A stretch of DNA of 64,000 nt from an uncultured Candidatus Rokubacteria bacterium (GTDB taxonomy: Bacteria; Methylomirabilota; Methylomirabilia; Rokubacteriales; CSP1-6), in assembly GCA_963789955.1 (NCBI GenBank), contig CAWBMV010000001.1, positions 192,001 to 256,000 on the forward strand, read 5' to 3'. Positions 11,647 to 22,273 of the stretch are shown piece by piece. A model generated the notes under the pieces. The model saw only the letters and a program-made list of their open reading frames with translations, made no database searches and was not told the origin of the DNA. Every line of letters starts with the position of its first letter. Position 1 is the first letter of the stretch. The position numbers were made by a program, and so were the translations under genes.

Positions 11647-13259
11647 CGCGGGCTGACCGGCGCGCGCTGCTCTGGGTCGTCGGGGGCGCCGCGGTGATGG
11701 TCGGGGTCGATCTGGGGCGCCGCATCCTCACGACCAACGACGAGGCGCGGTTCCCGCTCCTGGCGCAGGACATCCTCACGCGCGGTGACTGGCTCTTCCC
11801 GGTCCTGAACGGCACCGTCTACCACAACAAGCCGATCCTCCTGGCCTGGCTCATCACCCTGGTGTCGTGGCCGGTCGGCCACGTGACGCAGTTCACCGCC
11901 GTGATTCCGTCGGCGGCGGCGGCCTTCGCGACGGCGCTCCTGATCTTCGGCCTCGGTCGCGAGATGTTCGGATCCTCGGCGGGCAAGTACGCGGCGCTGA
12001 TCGCCGTCACCACGCAGGGCGCCTTCATGCACGGCCGCATTCCGATGCCCGACATGCTGATGACGGCGTTCATGACCGCGAGCCTCTGGATGCTCTGGCG
12101 GATGGCGCGCGGCGCGCCGCGCGCCTGGATCGGCTTCTACCTGTTCGTCGGCCTCGCGTTCTGGGCCAAGGGTCCGGGGGGCTTCCTGCCGCTCATCATC
12201 GCGGCGGCCTGGGCGGTGTTCGGCCGAAGCGCCGCGTCGTGGCGCGCGCTCAAGCTGCCGCTCGGCGTGCCGCTGCTCGTCGCGATCGTCGCGCCCTGGC
12301 CGATCTTCCGACTCTTCCGCCACTCCGAAGGCCTGCGCCAGGCCGTCGTTCAGAACCAGATCCTCTGGTATCTGCCTCAGGACCTGCGCGCCGGAATGGT
12401 GGCGGAGCCCATCCAGAACGCCTTCGGGATTCTCTTCCCGTGGGTGTTCCTCCTCCCGATCGTGCTCGTCGAGGCGGTCCGGCTCCTGCGGCGTCGCGGC
12501 CCGGAGCGCGACGCGCTCCTCCTGCTGATCGTGGCCTCGGCGACGATGTTCGTCGTGATCGCGGCATCGCAGCAGCAGCGCTTCCGCTATTACCTGCCGC
12601 TCGTGCCGCCGGTCTCGCTGCTGATCGGCTGGTGGGCCGACAGCGTGCTCAGCCGGCGCCTGGCGCTGAGGGTCCCGTGGCGGGTCTGCGCCGCGGTCGG
12701 CGCCCTGCTCGCGGCGGCCGGTGTGGCCGGCGCGTTCTCCAGACGCAACGCGCTCAACGAGGTCGCGATGGTCTGGCCGGCGTACCTCGCCCAGGCGATC
12801 GTGCTCGTGGCGACGATCGCGGCGGTCGCCGCGGTGCTGAGCTGGAGCGCGCGCGACCGACGCCTGCCGCGCGCGTTCGCGGCCGCCTGGGTCGGCTGCG
12901 CCGTGCTCGTCGTCGCCAGCTACCACTGGGAGCTCGAGCGCCGGAACGCGGCGTACGACTACGCCGGCCTCCACAAGCGGATGGAGCCGCTCCTGCGCGA
13001 GTCGCCGGTGGTCGCGACCCTGGGATTGGCCGACATGCCGCTCTCGTTCTATCTGCGCCGGACGGTCGTGCCGGCCGGCACCGCGCGCAATCTCCGCGAG
13101 GTCGTGGGCGGCGACGCACCGGCCGTCGCCATCGTCACCGACCGCGCGCTCATATCCCCGGAAGACAGCGACGGCTTCACGGTCCTCCTGCGCGATCGTC
13201 TCGCGCTGCGGCCGATCATGGTCGTCGCGTATCGCAGCACCCCACCAACTCGTCGCTAG
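11643..13259 (+). CDS. ArnT/GT39-like polytopic glycosyltransferase
   Basis: DEARF...GDWLFPVLNG..YHNKP motif, many TM helices, KGP motif. Confidence 0.85.
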   Translation: MTRADRRALLWVVGGAAVMVGVDLGRRILTTNDEARFPLLAQDILTRGDWLFPVLNGTVYHNKPILLAWLITLVSWPVGHVTQFTAVIPSAAAAFATALLIFGLGREMFGSSAGKYAALIAVTTQGAFMHGRIPMPDMLMTAFMTASLWMLWRMARGAPRAWIGFYLFVGLAFWAKGPGGFLPLIIAAAWAVFGRSAASWRALKLPLGVPLLVAIVAPWPIFRLFRHSEGLRQAVVQNQILWYLPQDLRAGMVAEPIQNAFGILFPWVFLLPIVLVEAVRLLRRRGPERDALLLLIVASATMFVVIAASQQQRFRYYLPLVPPVSLLIGWWADSVLSRRLALRVPWRVCAAVGALLAAAGVAGAFSRRNALNEVAMVWPAYLAQAIVLVATIAAVAAVLSWSARDRRLPRAFAAAWVGCAVLVVASYHWELERRNAAYDYAGLHKRMEPLLRESPVVATLGLADMPLSFYLRRTVVPAGTARNLREVVGGDAPAVAIVTDRALISPEDSDGFTVLLRDRLALRPIMVVAYRSTPPTRR

Positions 13260-13277
13260 CAACCGAGGAGTCACGCC

Positions 13278-14723
13278 ATGAATTCCGGACAGCTTTTCAT
13301 CGCGGGCGGCTGGCGCGCGCCGGCCTCCGGCTCGACCTACGACACGATCAATCCGGCGACGGAGGAGCCGAGCGCCCAGGTCGGACGCGGCGACGAGCGC
13401 GACGTCGACCTCGCCGTCGCGGCGGCGCGCAAGGCGTTCGACTCGGGACCGTGGCCGCGGATGAGCGCCGCCGAGCGCGGGCGAATCGTGTGGAAGCTCG
13501 GCGATCTGATCATGCAGAACCTCGACGAGATGGCGAAGCTGGAGAGCCTCAACACCGGCAAGACGCTCTTCGACTCCGGCAAGGTCGAGATCCCGTTCGC
13601 GGCGGAGGTCTTCCGCTACTACGCGGGCTGGGCCACCAAGATCCACGGCGAGACGCTCGGCCTGCGCGAGAACGCGTTCACGTTCACCTTGCGCCAGCCC
13701 CTCGGCGTGATCGGCGCGATCGTGCCGTGGAACTTTCCGTTCCTGCTCTCGTCGTGGAAGATCGCGCCGGCGCTGGCCGCGGGCAACACGGTCGTGCTCA
13801 AGCCCGCGTCCCTGACGCCGCTCACCGCGCTCAAGTTCGCCGAGCTCACCCAGGAGGCGGGATTGCCCGAGGGCGTCTTCAACGTCGTGACCGGCCCCGG
13901 CGGTAAGGTCGGCATGGCCATGGTGCAAGACCCGCGCGTCGACAAGATCGCCTTCACGGGCTCGACCGAGGTGGGCAAGGGGATCATGCGCGAGGCCGCC
14001 GCGACCCTGAAGCGCATCTCGCTCGAGCTCGGCGGCAAGTCGCCGAACATCGTCTTCGCCGACGCCGACATGGAGGCGGCGGTGAAGGGCGCGCTCACCG
14101 GCATCTTCTACAACAAAGGCGAGGTCTGCGCCGCCGGCTCGCGCCTGTTCCTCGAGGACAAGATCCACGACGACTTCATGGGCAAGCTGACCGACCGGGT
14201 GAAGACGCTCAAGGTCGGCGACCCGATGGACAAGGCGACGCGCATGGGGCCCGTCGTCTCGAAGGCGCAGATGGAGACCGTGCTCGCCTACATCGACGCG
14301 GGCAAGAAGGAAGGCGCGCGGGTCGTCGCCGGCGGCGGCCGGGCCAACGTCGGCTCGGGCAAGGGCTACTTCGTCGAGCCCACCATCTTCGACGGCGTCA
14401 CCAACACGATGAAGATCGCCCGCGAGGAGATCTTCGGGCCGGTCCTGTCGGTGATCCCGTTCAAGTCGATCGACGAGGGGATCGCCCAGGGCAACTCGAC
14501 GACCTACGGTCTGGCCGCCGCGGTGTGGACGCGCGACGTCACCAAGGCGCTCAAGGCCGCGCGCGCGATTCGCGCGGGCACCGTCTGGGTCAACGCCTAC
14601 AACCTGTTCGACGCGGCGCTGCCGTTCGGCGGGTTCAAGGAATCTGGGTTCGGGCGCGAGCTCGGCTCGGCCGGTCTCGAGCACTACACCGAGACCAAGA
14701 CCGTCTGGGTCGATCTCTCGTAG
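13278..14723 (+). CDS. NAD-dependent aldehyde dehydrogenase
   Basis: PWNFP, FTGSTEVG, LELGGKSP, GEVCAAGSR, EEIFGP, PFGGFKESG. Confidence 0.97.
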   Translation: MNSGQLFIAGGWRAPASGSTYDTINPATEEPSAQVGRGDERDVDLAVAAARKAFDSGPWPRMSAAERGRIVWKLGDLIMQNLDEMAKLESLNTGKTLFDSGKVEIPFAAEVFRYYAGWATKIHGETLGLRENAFTFTLRQPLGVIGAIVPWNFPFLLSSWKIAPALAAGNTVVLKPASLTPLTALKFAELTQEAGLPEGVFNVVTGPGGKVGMAMVQDPRVDKIAFTGSTEVGKGIMREAAATLKRISLELGGKSPNIVFADADMEAAVKGALTGIFYNKGEVCAAGSRLFLEDKIHDDFMGKLTDRVKTLKVGDPMDKATRMGPVVSKAQMETVLAYIDAGKKEGARVVAGGGRANVGSGKGYFVEPTIFDGVTNTMKIAREEIFGPVLSVIPFKSIDEGIAQGNSTTYGLAAAVWTRDVTKALKAARAIRAGTVWVNAYNLFDAALPFGGFKESGFGRELGSAGLEHYTETKTVWVDLS

Positions 14724-14761
14724 CGCGGGTCAGGAGGACTGGCGGGCAGAACGAGGTGACC

Positions 14762-15679
14762 ATGACTTCTGGATCCAGAGCGCTTCTCGGCGGCACACTC
14801 CTGACGTTCGTCGCGCTCACGGCTTCGGCGCTCGCCCAGCACGAAGGACACAGCCAGCACATGATCGGCACGCCGGGCGCGCCGTCACGGACAGTCACGA
14901 TGGAGCAGCTCCACCAGTCGGGCGGGGTGCCGCTCGGGTGGAAGTTCGCGCTGCCCGGGGGCGACGCGGCGAAGGGCCGGCAGGTCTTCGTGGACCTCGA
15001 GTGTTACAAGTGCCACGCGATCCAGGGCGAGACCTTCCCGGCGTCGGGCGGCGACGCGAAGAACGTCGGCCCGGAGCTGACGGGCATGGGCGGTCAGCAT
15101 CCGGCGGAGTATTTTGCCGAATCGATCCTGGCGCCGAACGCGGTGATCCTCGACGGTCCCGGCTACACGGGGCCGGACGGGAAGTCGGTCATGCCGAGCT
15201 ACGCGGACAGCCTGAGCGTCACGCAGCTCGTCGACCTGGTCGCGTTTCTCAAGGGCCTGACCAGCGGCGGGCACATGCACGAGGCCGCGCCGGCCGCCAA
15301 GACGGTCGACGACTACACGGTGCGACTCGACTATCGGGACGGCGGCGATCACTCCGGGCACGAGGGCCACGCGGGCCACACCGCCATGGCCGCGGGCCCC
15401 GGGCATCTGATGGTATTCGTCACCGACCGGATGACCGGCGAGCCGATTCCGTACCTTCCGGTGTCGGCGACGATCCGCGCGGCCGGTCAGCCCGCGCGCC
15501 GGGTGAACCTCGCGCCGATGGTCGGCGGCCAGGGCTTTCACTACGGCGCGAACGTGACATTGCCGGAGGGCGCGCACACGATCACCTTGACCTTCGGGCC
15601 GCTCGCGGTCCCGACGATGGCGTCGGCGAAAGGCCGCTTCGCGAAGCCGACGACCGTCGTTTTCGAGCGCGGGGCGTGA
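14762..15679 (+). CDS. Exported monoheme cytochrome c fused to a P19/Tp34-like metal-binding domain, with His-rich linkers
   Basis: Signal peptide; CYKCH and SVMPSY (axial Met); C-terminal PIPYLPVSATI...LAPMVGGQGFHYGANVTLP resembles the Iron_transport (P19/FetP) family. Confidence 0.75.
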   Translation: MTSGSRALLGGTLLTFVALTASALAQHEGHSQHMIGTPGAPSRTVTMEQLHQSGGVPLGWKFALPGGDAAKGRQVFVDLECYKCHAIQGETFPASGGDAKNVGPELTGMGGQHPAEYFAESILAPNAVILDGPGYTGPDGKSVMPSYADSLSVTQLVDLVAFLKGLTSGGHMHEAAPAAKTVDDYTVRLDYRDGGDHSGHEGHAGHTAMAAGPGHLMVFVTDRMTGEPIPYLPVSATIRAAGQPARRVNLAPMVGGQGFHYGANVTLPEGAHTITLTFGPLAVPTMASAKGRFAKPTTVVFERGA

Positions 15680-15737
15680 GGGATTCGACCGAGACGCCGC
15701 GGAGTCCCGAGGCGTCCCGGTCGATGAACGCCGCCGC

Positions 15738-16253
15738 TCAGCTGGCGGCCGACTTCGCCGCGGCGAGCGCCGCGTCGTAGTTCGGCTCGGACCCGATCTC
15801 CTTCACGTACTCGACGTGCTTCACCTTGCCGTCCTTGCCGACCACGAACACCGCGCGCGCGGTGAGTCCGGCGATCGGCCCGTCCTTGATCTCGACGCCG
15901 TAGGCGGGGCCGAAGGCGCGCTCGCGAAAATCGGAGAGCGTCTTGACGGCCGTCACTCCGGCGGCGCCGCACCAGCGCTTCTGCGCGAACGGCAGGTCGC
16001 GGCTGATCGTCCAGATCTCGACGCCTGAGCCGAGCTTCGCCGCTTCCTGGTTGAAGCGTCGGGTCTCGGTGTCGCAGGTCGGGGTGTCGAGCGATGGCAC
16101 GGAGCTCAGGATCACGACCTTGCCCTTCGCGTCGCTGAGCTTGACGGGCTTGAGCCCGTTGTCGAGGGCGGTGAAGTCCGGCGCGCTCTGCCCGGCTTTC
16201 ACTTCGGATCCGCCGAGCGTGATGGGGTTGCCTCGTAACGTAACGTCGGCCAT
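15738..16253 (-). CDS. tpx: Thiol peroxidase (atypical 2-Cys Prx)
   Basis: VPSLDTPTCDTETRRFN, DLPFAQKRWC, EPNYDAAL. Confidence 0.95.
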   Translation of the reverse strand: MADVTLRGNPITLGGSEVKAGQSAPDFTALDNGLKPVKLSDAKGKVVILSSVPSLDTPTCDTETRRFNQEAAKLGSGVEIWTISRDLPFAQKRWCGAAGVTAVKTLSDFRERAFGPAYGVEIKDGPIAGLTARAVFVVGKDGKVKHVEYVKEIGSEPNYDAALAAAKSAAS

Positions 16254-16294
16254 AGGTAATCCTCCCGGGGTGATTTTAGTACACTCGTCGAGCC

Positions 16295-16991
16295 ATGGAC
16301 CTCCTGTGGAGCGGCGCCCGCCAGGCGATCGGCTTGCTCGCCGGCGCCGACCGTGAGATCTGGGGGATTTTCTGGCTCTCGCTCCAGGTCTCGGGAACCG
16401 CGACCGTGATCTCGCTCGCCCTCGGCGTTCCGGCCGGCGCGGCGCTCGCGCTCGCGCGATTTCCCGGCCGCGGTCTCGTCGTGAGCGCGGTGAACACCGG
16501 CATGGGGCTGCCGCCGGTCGTGGTCGGGCTCTTCGTGACCTTGCTGCTGTGGCGCAGCGGCCCCTTCGGAGATCTCGAGATCCTCTATACGCCGGCCGCC
16601 ATCGTCGCCGCCCAGGCGGTCATCGCCGCGCCGATCGTGACCGGGATCACGCTCGCCGCCGTCGGTCAGGTGCCGCGAGAGTTCCGGCTGCAGCTCCTGG
16701 CGCTCGGCGCTTCGCGCATTCAGATGGTGCGGCTGGTCCTGCGCGAGGCGCGCCTGCCGATGCTCGCGGCCGTGATGGCGGGCTTCGGCGGCATCATCTC
16801 GGAGATCGGCGCCTCCATGATGGTGGGCGGCAACATCAAGGGACAGACGCGCACGCTTGACGACCGCGATGGTGCTCGAGACCGGCAAGGGGAACTTCGA
16901 GATCGCCATCGCGCTCGCGCTGCTGCTGCTCGTGCTGATCTTCCTCGTGAACTGGGCGCTGACCGCGATCCAGCAGCGCCACGCGCGCTGA
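16295..16991 (+). CDS. tupB: Tungstate ABC transporter permease TupB-like, frameshift ~16858
   Basis: NTGMGLPPVVVGL, ISEIGASMMVGGNIKGQTR; continues TTAMVLETGKGNFEIAIAL in the shifted frame to TGA 16991. Confidence 0.85.
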
Positions 16992-17167
16992 CCGCGGCGC
17001 CTCGGCGAATATGCGCCGTCGTGTCAATAGGTCGAGCCGTGCACTTTGAACATCCGGACGCACGCCGGTAAGATCCGACGTCGTAACGGATCGTTCCGGC
17101 GCGCCGCCGCAGTCACGGGGCGGTCCCTTCGGCCCCACCATCGGCCGCGCTGAAAGGCTACGGACTC

Positions 17168-17944
17168 ATGTCGCGCACCTTGCGAATCGCTGTGCTCGTG
17201 GTGTTCGTCCTGTGCCTCCCTGCCGTGGCGCGGGCGCAGGAGATGACGTTCTCGGTGGCGATCAGCATGAAGGAGGCCGTCGAGACCCTCGGCCGTCAGT
17301 TCATGCAGGAGCATTCCGGTGTGACACTTCGCTATAACTTCGGCTCGTCGGGCCAGCTGCAGAAACAGATCGAAGCCGGCGCGCCGGTCGACGTCTTCAT
17401 CTCGGCCGCCCAGCGGCAGATGGACGAGCTCGAGCAGAAGGATCTCATCGACACCGCGACCCGGCGCGTGTTCGCGCGCAACGTCCTCACGGTGATCAAG
17501 CCGGCGGGCTCGACGCTCGACATCTCGAAGCCGGCCGACTTGGCCGGCTCGAAGGTGCAGCGGATCGTCATCGGCAATCCCAAGACCGTGCCGGTCGGTC
17601 AGTATGCCGAGGAGAGCCTGAAAAGGCTGGGGCTCTGGGATCGGCTTCAGCCGAAGCTGGTTCTCGCCGAGAACGTCCGGCAGGCGCTCGACTATGTCGT
17701 GCGCGGCGAGGTCGAGGCCGGTTTCGTCTACACGACGGACGTAGCAGTGCGCTCGGGCCAGGTCGTCGAAGCGTTTCGACCGGGGGAGGATACCTACCGG
17801 CCCGTGACGTATCCGGCGGCCGTGATCAAAGGCTCGAAGCAGCCCGGGCTCGCCAAGACGTTCGTCGATCTGCTCGTGAGCCCCGACGGACAAGCGGCGC
17901 TCTCGCGTCTCGGCTTTCAGCCTCCGCCGCCCGGCGTACGTTGA
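17168..17944 (+). CDS. modA: Molybdate ABC transporter substrate-binding protein
   Basis: Signal peptide; AISMKEA, FGSSGQLQKQIEAGAPVDVFISA, VPVGQYA, ENVRQ. Confidence 0.95.
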   Translation: MSRTLRIAVLVVFVLCLPAVARAQEMTFSVAISMKEAVETLGRQFMQEHSGVTLRYNFGSSGQLQKQIEAGAPVDVFISAAQRQMDELEQKDLIDTATRRVFARNVLTVIKPAGSTLDISKPADLAGSKVQRIVIGNPKTVPVGQYAEESLKRLGLWDRLQPKLVLAENVRQALDYVVRGEVEAGFVYTTDVAVRSGQVVEAFRPGEDTYRPVTYPAAVIKGSKQPGLAKTFVDLLVSPDGQAALSRLGFQPPPPGVR

Positions 17945-17983
17945 CGGGCGATCGGCCCGGCCCGCACCACGGCGAAGCGCCCG

Positions 17984-18454
17984 TCAGCGTCGCGTGCGCC
18001 AGTCCCCCCGCGGCGTTTGAGGCTGACCGTCGGCGACGCGCCGGCGGCGTCGGCCGCGCGCGGCGATATCCTTCGACGTGGGTCCGCTCGGTCCCACCGC
18101 GTCGTCGATTCGATTGCGGACTGCGACCAGCTGCTCGAGCACCAGACGACCGGTCTCGGTCAGCGCCATACCTCGTGACGCGCCCTTGCCCGGCCGAGGC
18201 GCCGTGAGCGGAGCCCCGAGCGCGGCCTCGGCCTGCTTCAAATAGCCCCAGGCATGGCGATACGACCAACCGATCTCCTTCGCCGCGCCGAGGAGCGAGC
18301 CGTGCTCGAGAACGCCGAGCAGGAGCTTCAGGCCCCCGTCGCCGACAACGAAGCGACCGTCTCGCTCCATCCACACCTTCGTCTTGATCACGGTGCCGCG
18401 TGGATGGTCCGGGAGGGCGCTCGCGTCGATGGGTTTCCGTTCGGGCGTTGTCAC
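17984..18454 (-). CDS. modE: ModE-like winged-helix regulator (DNA-binding domain only)
   Basis: KVWME...GDGGLKLL..VLEHGSLLGAAKEIGWSYRHAWGYL...LTETG. Confidence 0.85.
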   Translation of the reverse strand: MTTPERKPIDASALPDHPRGTVIKTKVWMERDGRFVVGDGGLKLLLGVLEHGSLLGAAKEIGWSYRHAWGYLKQAEAALGAPLTAPRPGKGASRGMALTETGRLVLEQLVAVRNRIDDAVGPSGPTSKDIAARGRRRRRVADGQPQTPRGDWRTRR

Positions 18455-18532
18455 GTCGCCATTCTACCCGGCTTTCAGCGGCCCGCGCGGGCGTCAGCGC
18501 AATCCACGGCACCGATGGCATAGTAGGCCGCA

Positions 18533-19198
18533 ATGAGTGTCGAAGCCGTGAGCGCCCTCGGTCTGTCGATCCGCGTCGCGATCGCCGCGACCGTGCTGAA
18601 CGCGTTGATCGGAATCCCGGTCGCGTATCTGCTGGCGCGGCGGACCTTTCGCGGCCGCGCGCTGGTCGATCTCCTCGTGACCTTGCCGCTGGTGCTGCCG
18701 CCCACCGTGACCGGCTACTATCTGATCGTCCTGCTGGGCCGGCGCGGCTGGTTCGGCGCGCCGGTCTACGCGCTCACCGGCTGGAGCGTCGCGTTCACGT
18801 GGTACGCCGCCGTGATCGCCGCGACCGTCATGGCGTTGCCGCTCCTGGTGCGCACGGCGCGCGCGGCCATCGAGTCGGTCGATCGCGAGCTGGAGAAGGC
18901 CGCATTTACCCTGGGGCGATCAGAGTGGCACACGGCGCTCGAGGTCACGTTGCCGCTGGCGCGCAACGGCATCATCGCGGGGCTCGTGCTCGCGTTCGCG
19001 CGCGCGCTCGGTGAGTTCGGCGCGACGCTCATGCTGGCCGGCAACATCCCGGGCAAGACGACGACCGTGCCGCTGGCCATCTACAGCGCGGTGCAGACGG
19101 GCGAGATGGGCGAGGCGGTCGTGCTGGTGCTGGCGCTGACCACGCTCTCGTGCCTCGTGCTGGTCCTGGCCGGGCGCCTGGGGGCCCGCGCGACGTGA
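18533..19198 (+). CDS. modB: Molybdate ABC transporter permease
   Basis: LPLVLPPTVTGYYL, FARALGEFGATLMLAGNIPGKT. Confidence 0.96.
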   Translation: MSVEAVSALGLSIRVAIAATVLNALIGIPVAYLLARRTFRGRALVDLLVTLPLVLPPTVTGYYLIVLLGRRGWFGAPVYALTGWSVAFTWYAAVIAATVMALPLLVRTARAAIESVDRELEKAAFTLGRSEWHTALEVTLPLARNGIIAGLVLAFARALGEFGATLMLAGNIPGKTTTVPLAIYSAVQTGEMGEAVVLVLALTTLSCLVLVLAGRLGARAT

Positions 19199-20324
19199 AG
19201 GATCGCTTCTCGGTCGAGATCAAGAAGCGTCTGCCCGGGCTTCGCGCTCGACGTCTCGTGGACGGCGGGCGACGGCGTCGCCGTGCTGTTCGGGCCCTCG
19301 GGCGCGGGCAAGACGCTCACGCTGCAGTGCCTCGCGGGCCTGATCGAGCCCGACGCCGGACACGTCGTCGTGGATGACCGCGTGCTGTTCGACGCGGCGG
19401 CGGGTGTGAATCTGCCGCCGCAGCAGCGGCGTGTCGGCTACGTGTTCCAGGGCTACGCGTTGTTTCCCCATCTGACGGTCGCGGGCAACGTCGGCTTCGG
19501 GCTGCGCGACCGGTCGCGGCACGATCGCGAGCGGCGGGTGTCCGAGGTGCTCGAGCGGCTCGACCTCGGCGGGCTCGCGCACCGCCGACCCTCCGAGCTC
19601 TCCGGGGGCCAGCGCCAGCGCGTGGCGCTCGGGCGGGCGCTCGCGATCGATCCGGCGCTGCTGCTGCTCGACGAGCCGCTCTCGGCGCTCGACTCGCCGC
19701 TGCGCCGCGCGCCTGCGCGACGAGCTGCGTGCGATCCTGAGCGGGTGGGGAACCGCCGCGGTGGTCGTGACCCACGATTTCACCGAGGCCTATCGGCTCG
19801 CCGACCGGATCATCGTGTACGAGAGCGGCCGCGTGATCCAGGCGGCGGCGCGCGCCGAGCTTCTGTGGCAGCCGGCGTCCGAGGCCGTCGCGCGGGTGAT
19901 GGGACTGCGCAACGTGCTCCACGGCACCGTCGTGAAGTCGATGCCCGACCGCATCCAGATCGCCTGGCGCGGTCACGCGCTCGAGGCGGTGAACTCGCCG
20001 ACGCGATCGTACCTGCCGCCGCCCGACAGCCCGATCGCTTTCTTCATCCGCCCCGAATACGTGCGACTGGTCCGCAAAGACCGGAGCGCGCTGGACGCGG
20101 CCCACCACATGAACCAGATGCGCGGCACCGTCGTCGGCGATAGCGACTTCGGTACGGTCTGGTCGTTGCGCCTGCGTCTGGACTCGCCCGGCGTTCCCGC
20201 GCAGGGCGACTTCGACCTGGAGGTCGAGGTCCCCCATCTCGTATACGAGATCCTCGACATCGAGCGCGATCGTCACTGGGAATTCTCGATCCACCGCGGC
20301 TCGATCCACGTTCTGCCGACATGA
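19195..20324 (+). CDS. modC: Molybdate ABC ATPase ModC-like, two frameshifts
   Basis: GPSGAGKT, LSGGQRQRVALGRAL, LLLDEP, VTHD; C-terminal TOBE-like region; GTG overlaps modB stop. Confidence 0.85.
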
Positions 20325-21411
20325 CGCCGCCGGCCGTCGTCGAGCTGGACGGCGTCCAGATGATGTACGGCCGGGCGACCGTGCTCGACGTGCCGGCGCT
20401 CGCCGTGAACGAGGGCGAGATCCTGGCCGTCATCGGCCCGAACGGAAGCGGCAAGTCGACGTTGCTGCGCATCGCCGGACTGCTCGAGCGGCCAAGCGCG
20501 AGGTGCTGTTCGGTTCCGCGGCCGGCCGGTCGACGCGGGCAGCTCGCTGGCCGAGCGGCGGCGGATGGCGACGGTGTTCCAGCATCCCCTGCTCGCCGAC
20601 ATGACCGTCGCGCAGAACGTCGCGCTCGGGCTGAAGTTCCGCGGAGTCGGAGACGAGCGCGACGCGCGCGTCAGGCGCTGGCTCGAGCGGCTCGGCATCG
20701 CGACGCTCGCGGGATCAGCGGGCGCGAACGCTCTCGGGGGGCCAGGCCCAGCGCGTGGCGCTGGCGCGCGCGCTCGTGCTCGAGCCGGAGGTGCTGCTGC
20801 TCGACGAGCCCTTCGCCGGTCTCGACGCGCCGACGCGCGCCGAGCTGCTGCCGGATCTCGGCGCGATCTTGCGTCAAGACCGCGTGACCACCATGCTGGT
20901 CACGCACGATCGCGGCGAGGCCCAGGCCCTCGGCGATCGCGTGGCCGTGCTGATGGCCGGGCGTATCGCGCAGCTCGACGAGACCGCGCGCGTCTTCCAC
21001 GCCCCCGCCTCCGAGGTCGTCGCGCGATTCATCGGTGTCGAGACCTTGGTGACGGGCCGCGTGATCGCTCGCGATACCGGCGTCACCGTCGTGGAGGTCG
21101 CGGGGAGGAAGCTCGAGATCGCCGCGCCCGCGACCGTCGGCGATGATGTGCGGCTCGGACTCCGGCCGGAGGACGTCACGCTCGTGCTGCCGACCGAAGT
21201 CGCACCCCTGTCGAGCGCCCGCAACTACCTGACCGGGACGATCGTGCGCGTGACACCCTCGAGCCCAGCCGTCCGGGTCGTCGTCGACGTCGGCTTTCCC
21301 CTCGTGGCGACGGTGACGGCGCGCTCGGTCGCCGATCTCGGCCTGGCCGAAGGCGTTCCCATCATCGCGGCTTTCAAGGCGAGCGCCGTCCACCTGATCG
21401 GCCCGGGGTAG
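20321..21411 (+). CDS. ABC ATPase TupC-like with C-terminal TOBE domains, frameshifted
   Basis: [30 protein letters not shown]...FKASAV TOBE motif. Confidence 0.8.
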
Positions 21412-21445
21412 GCCGGGCCCGCGTCGGCCAACAGTCTGATTTACC

Positions 21446-21873
<428 letters not shown>

Positions 21874-21961
21874 CGGTCACGCGTTCTGGGGCCGTCCCCA
21901 CCGGGATTACCGGAAATTGCGGTGCCGGCCTGATCGACCCACTACCTGTTCGGGGCGAAGC

Positions 21962-21991
21962 TTGACACTCCCGGGGATCCGAGGCTATAAG
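21962..21991 (+). promoter_or_regulatory. sigma70-type promoter
   Basis: TTGACA (21962-67), 18-bp spacer, TATAAG (21986-91), upstream of DUF465-moaC. Confidence 0.7.
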
Positions 21992-22044
21992 GAGGCGTCG
22001 ACATCGAGCTGTGACGGTTCCTCCACCGCGCTAGGAGGCCTCGC

Positions 22045-22273
22045 ATGGATCAGGAGTCCCTCATCGAACGATTGACGGCCGAGAACGAGGAGTTCCGGCG
22101 CCTCCGGAGTGAGCATCGTGCTCTACGATCAGGAGCTCGAGGCGCTCAAGGGAATGATCCCGCTCTCGGCAGAGAGCCAGTGGCGTGTCAGCGAGCTGAA
22201 GAAGCTGAAGCTGATGGCCAAAGACCGGATGGAGGCGATCATCCGGCACGCTCGATCCGGCGTCATCGCCTGA
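22045..22273 (+). CDS. DUF465/YdcH-like small coiled-coil protein, one frameshift
   Basis: MDQESLIERLTAENEEFRRLRSEH..YDQELEAL...ELKKLKLMAKDRM; SD AGGAGG. Confidence 0.8.
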
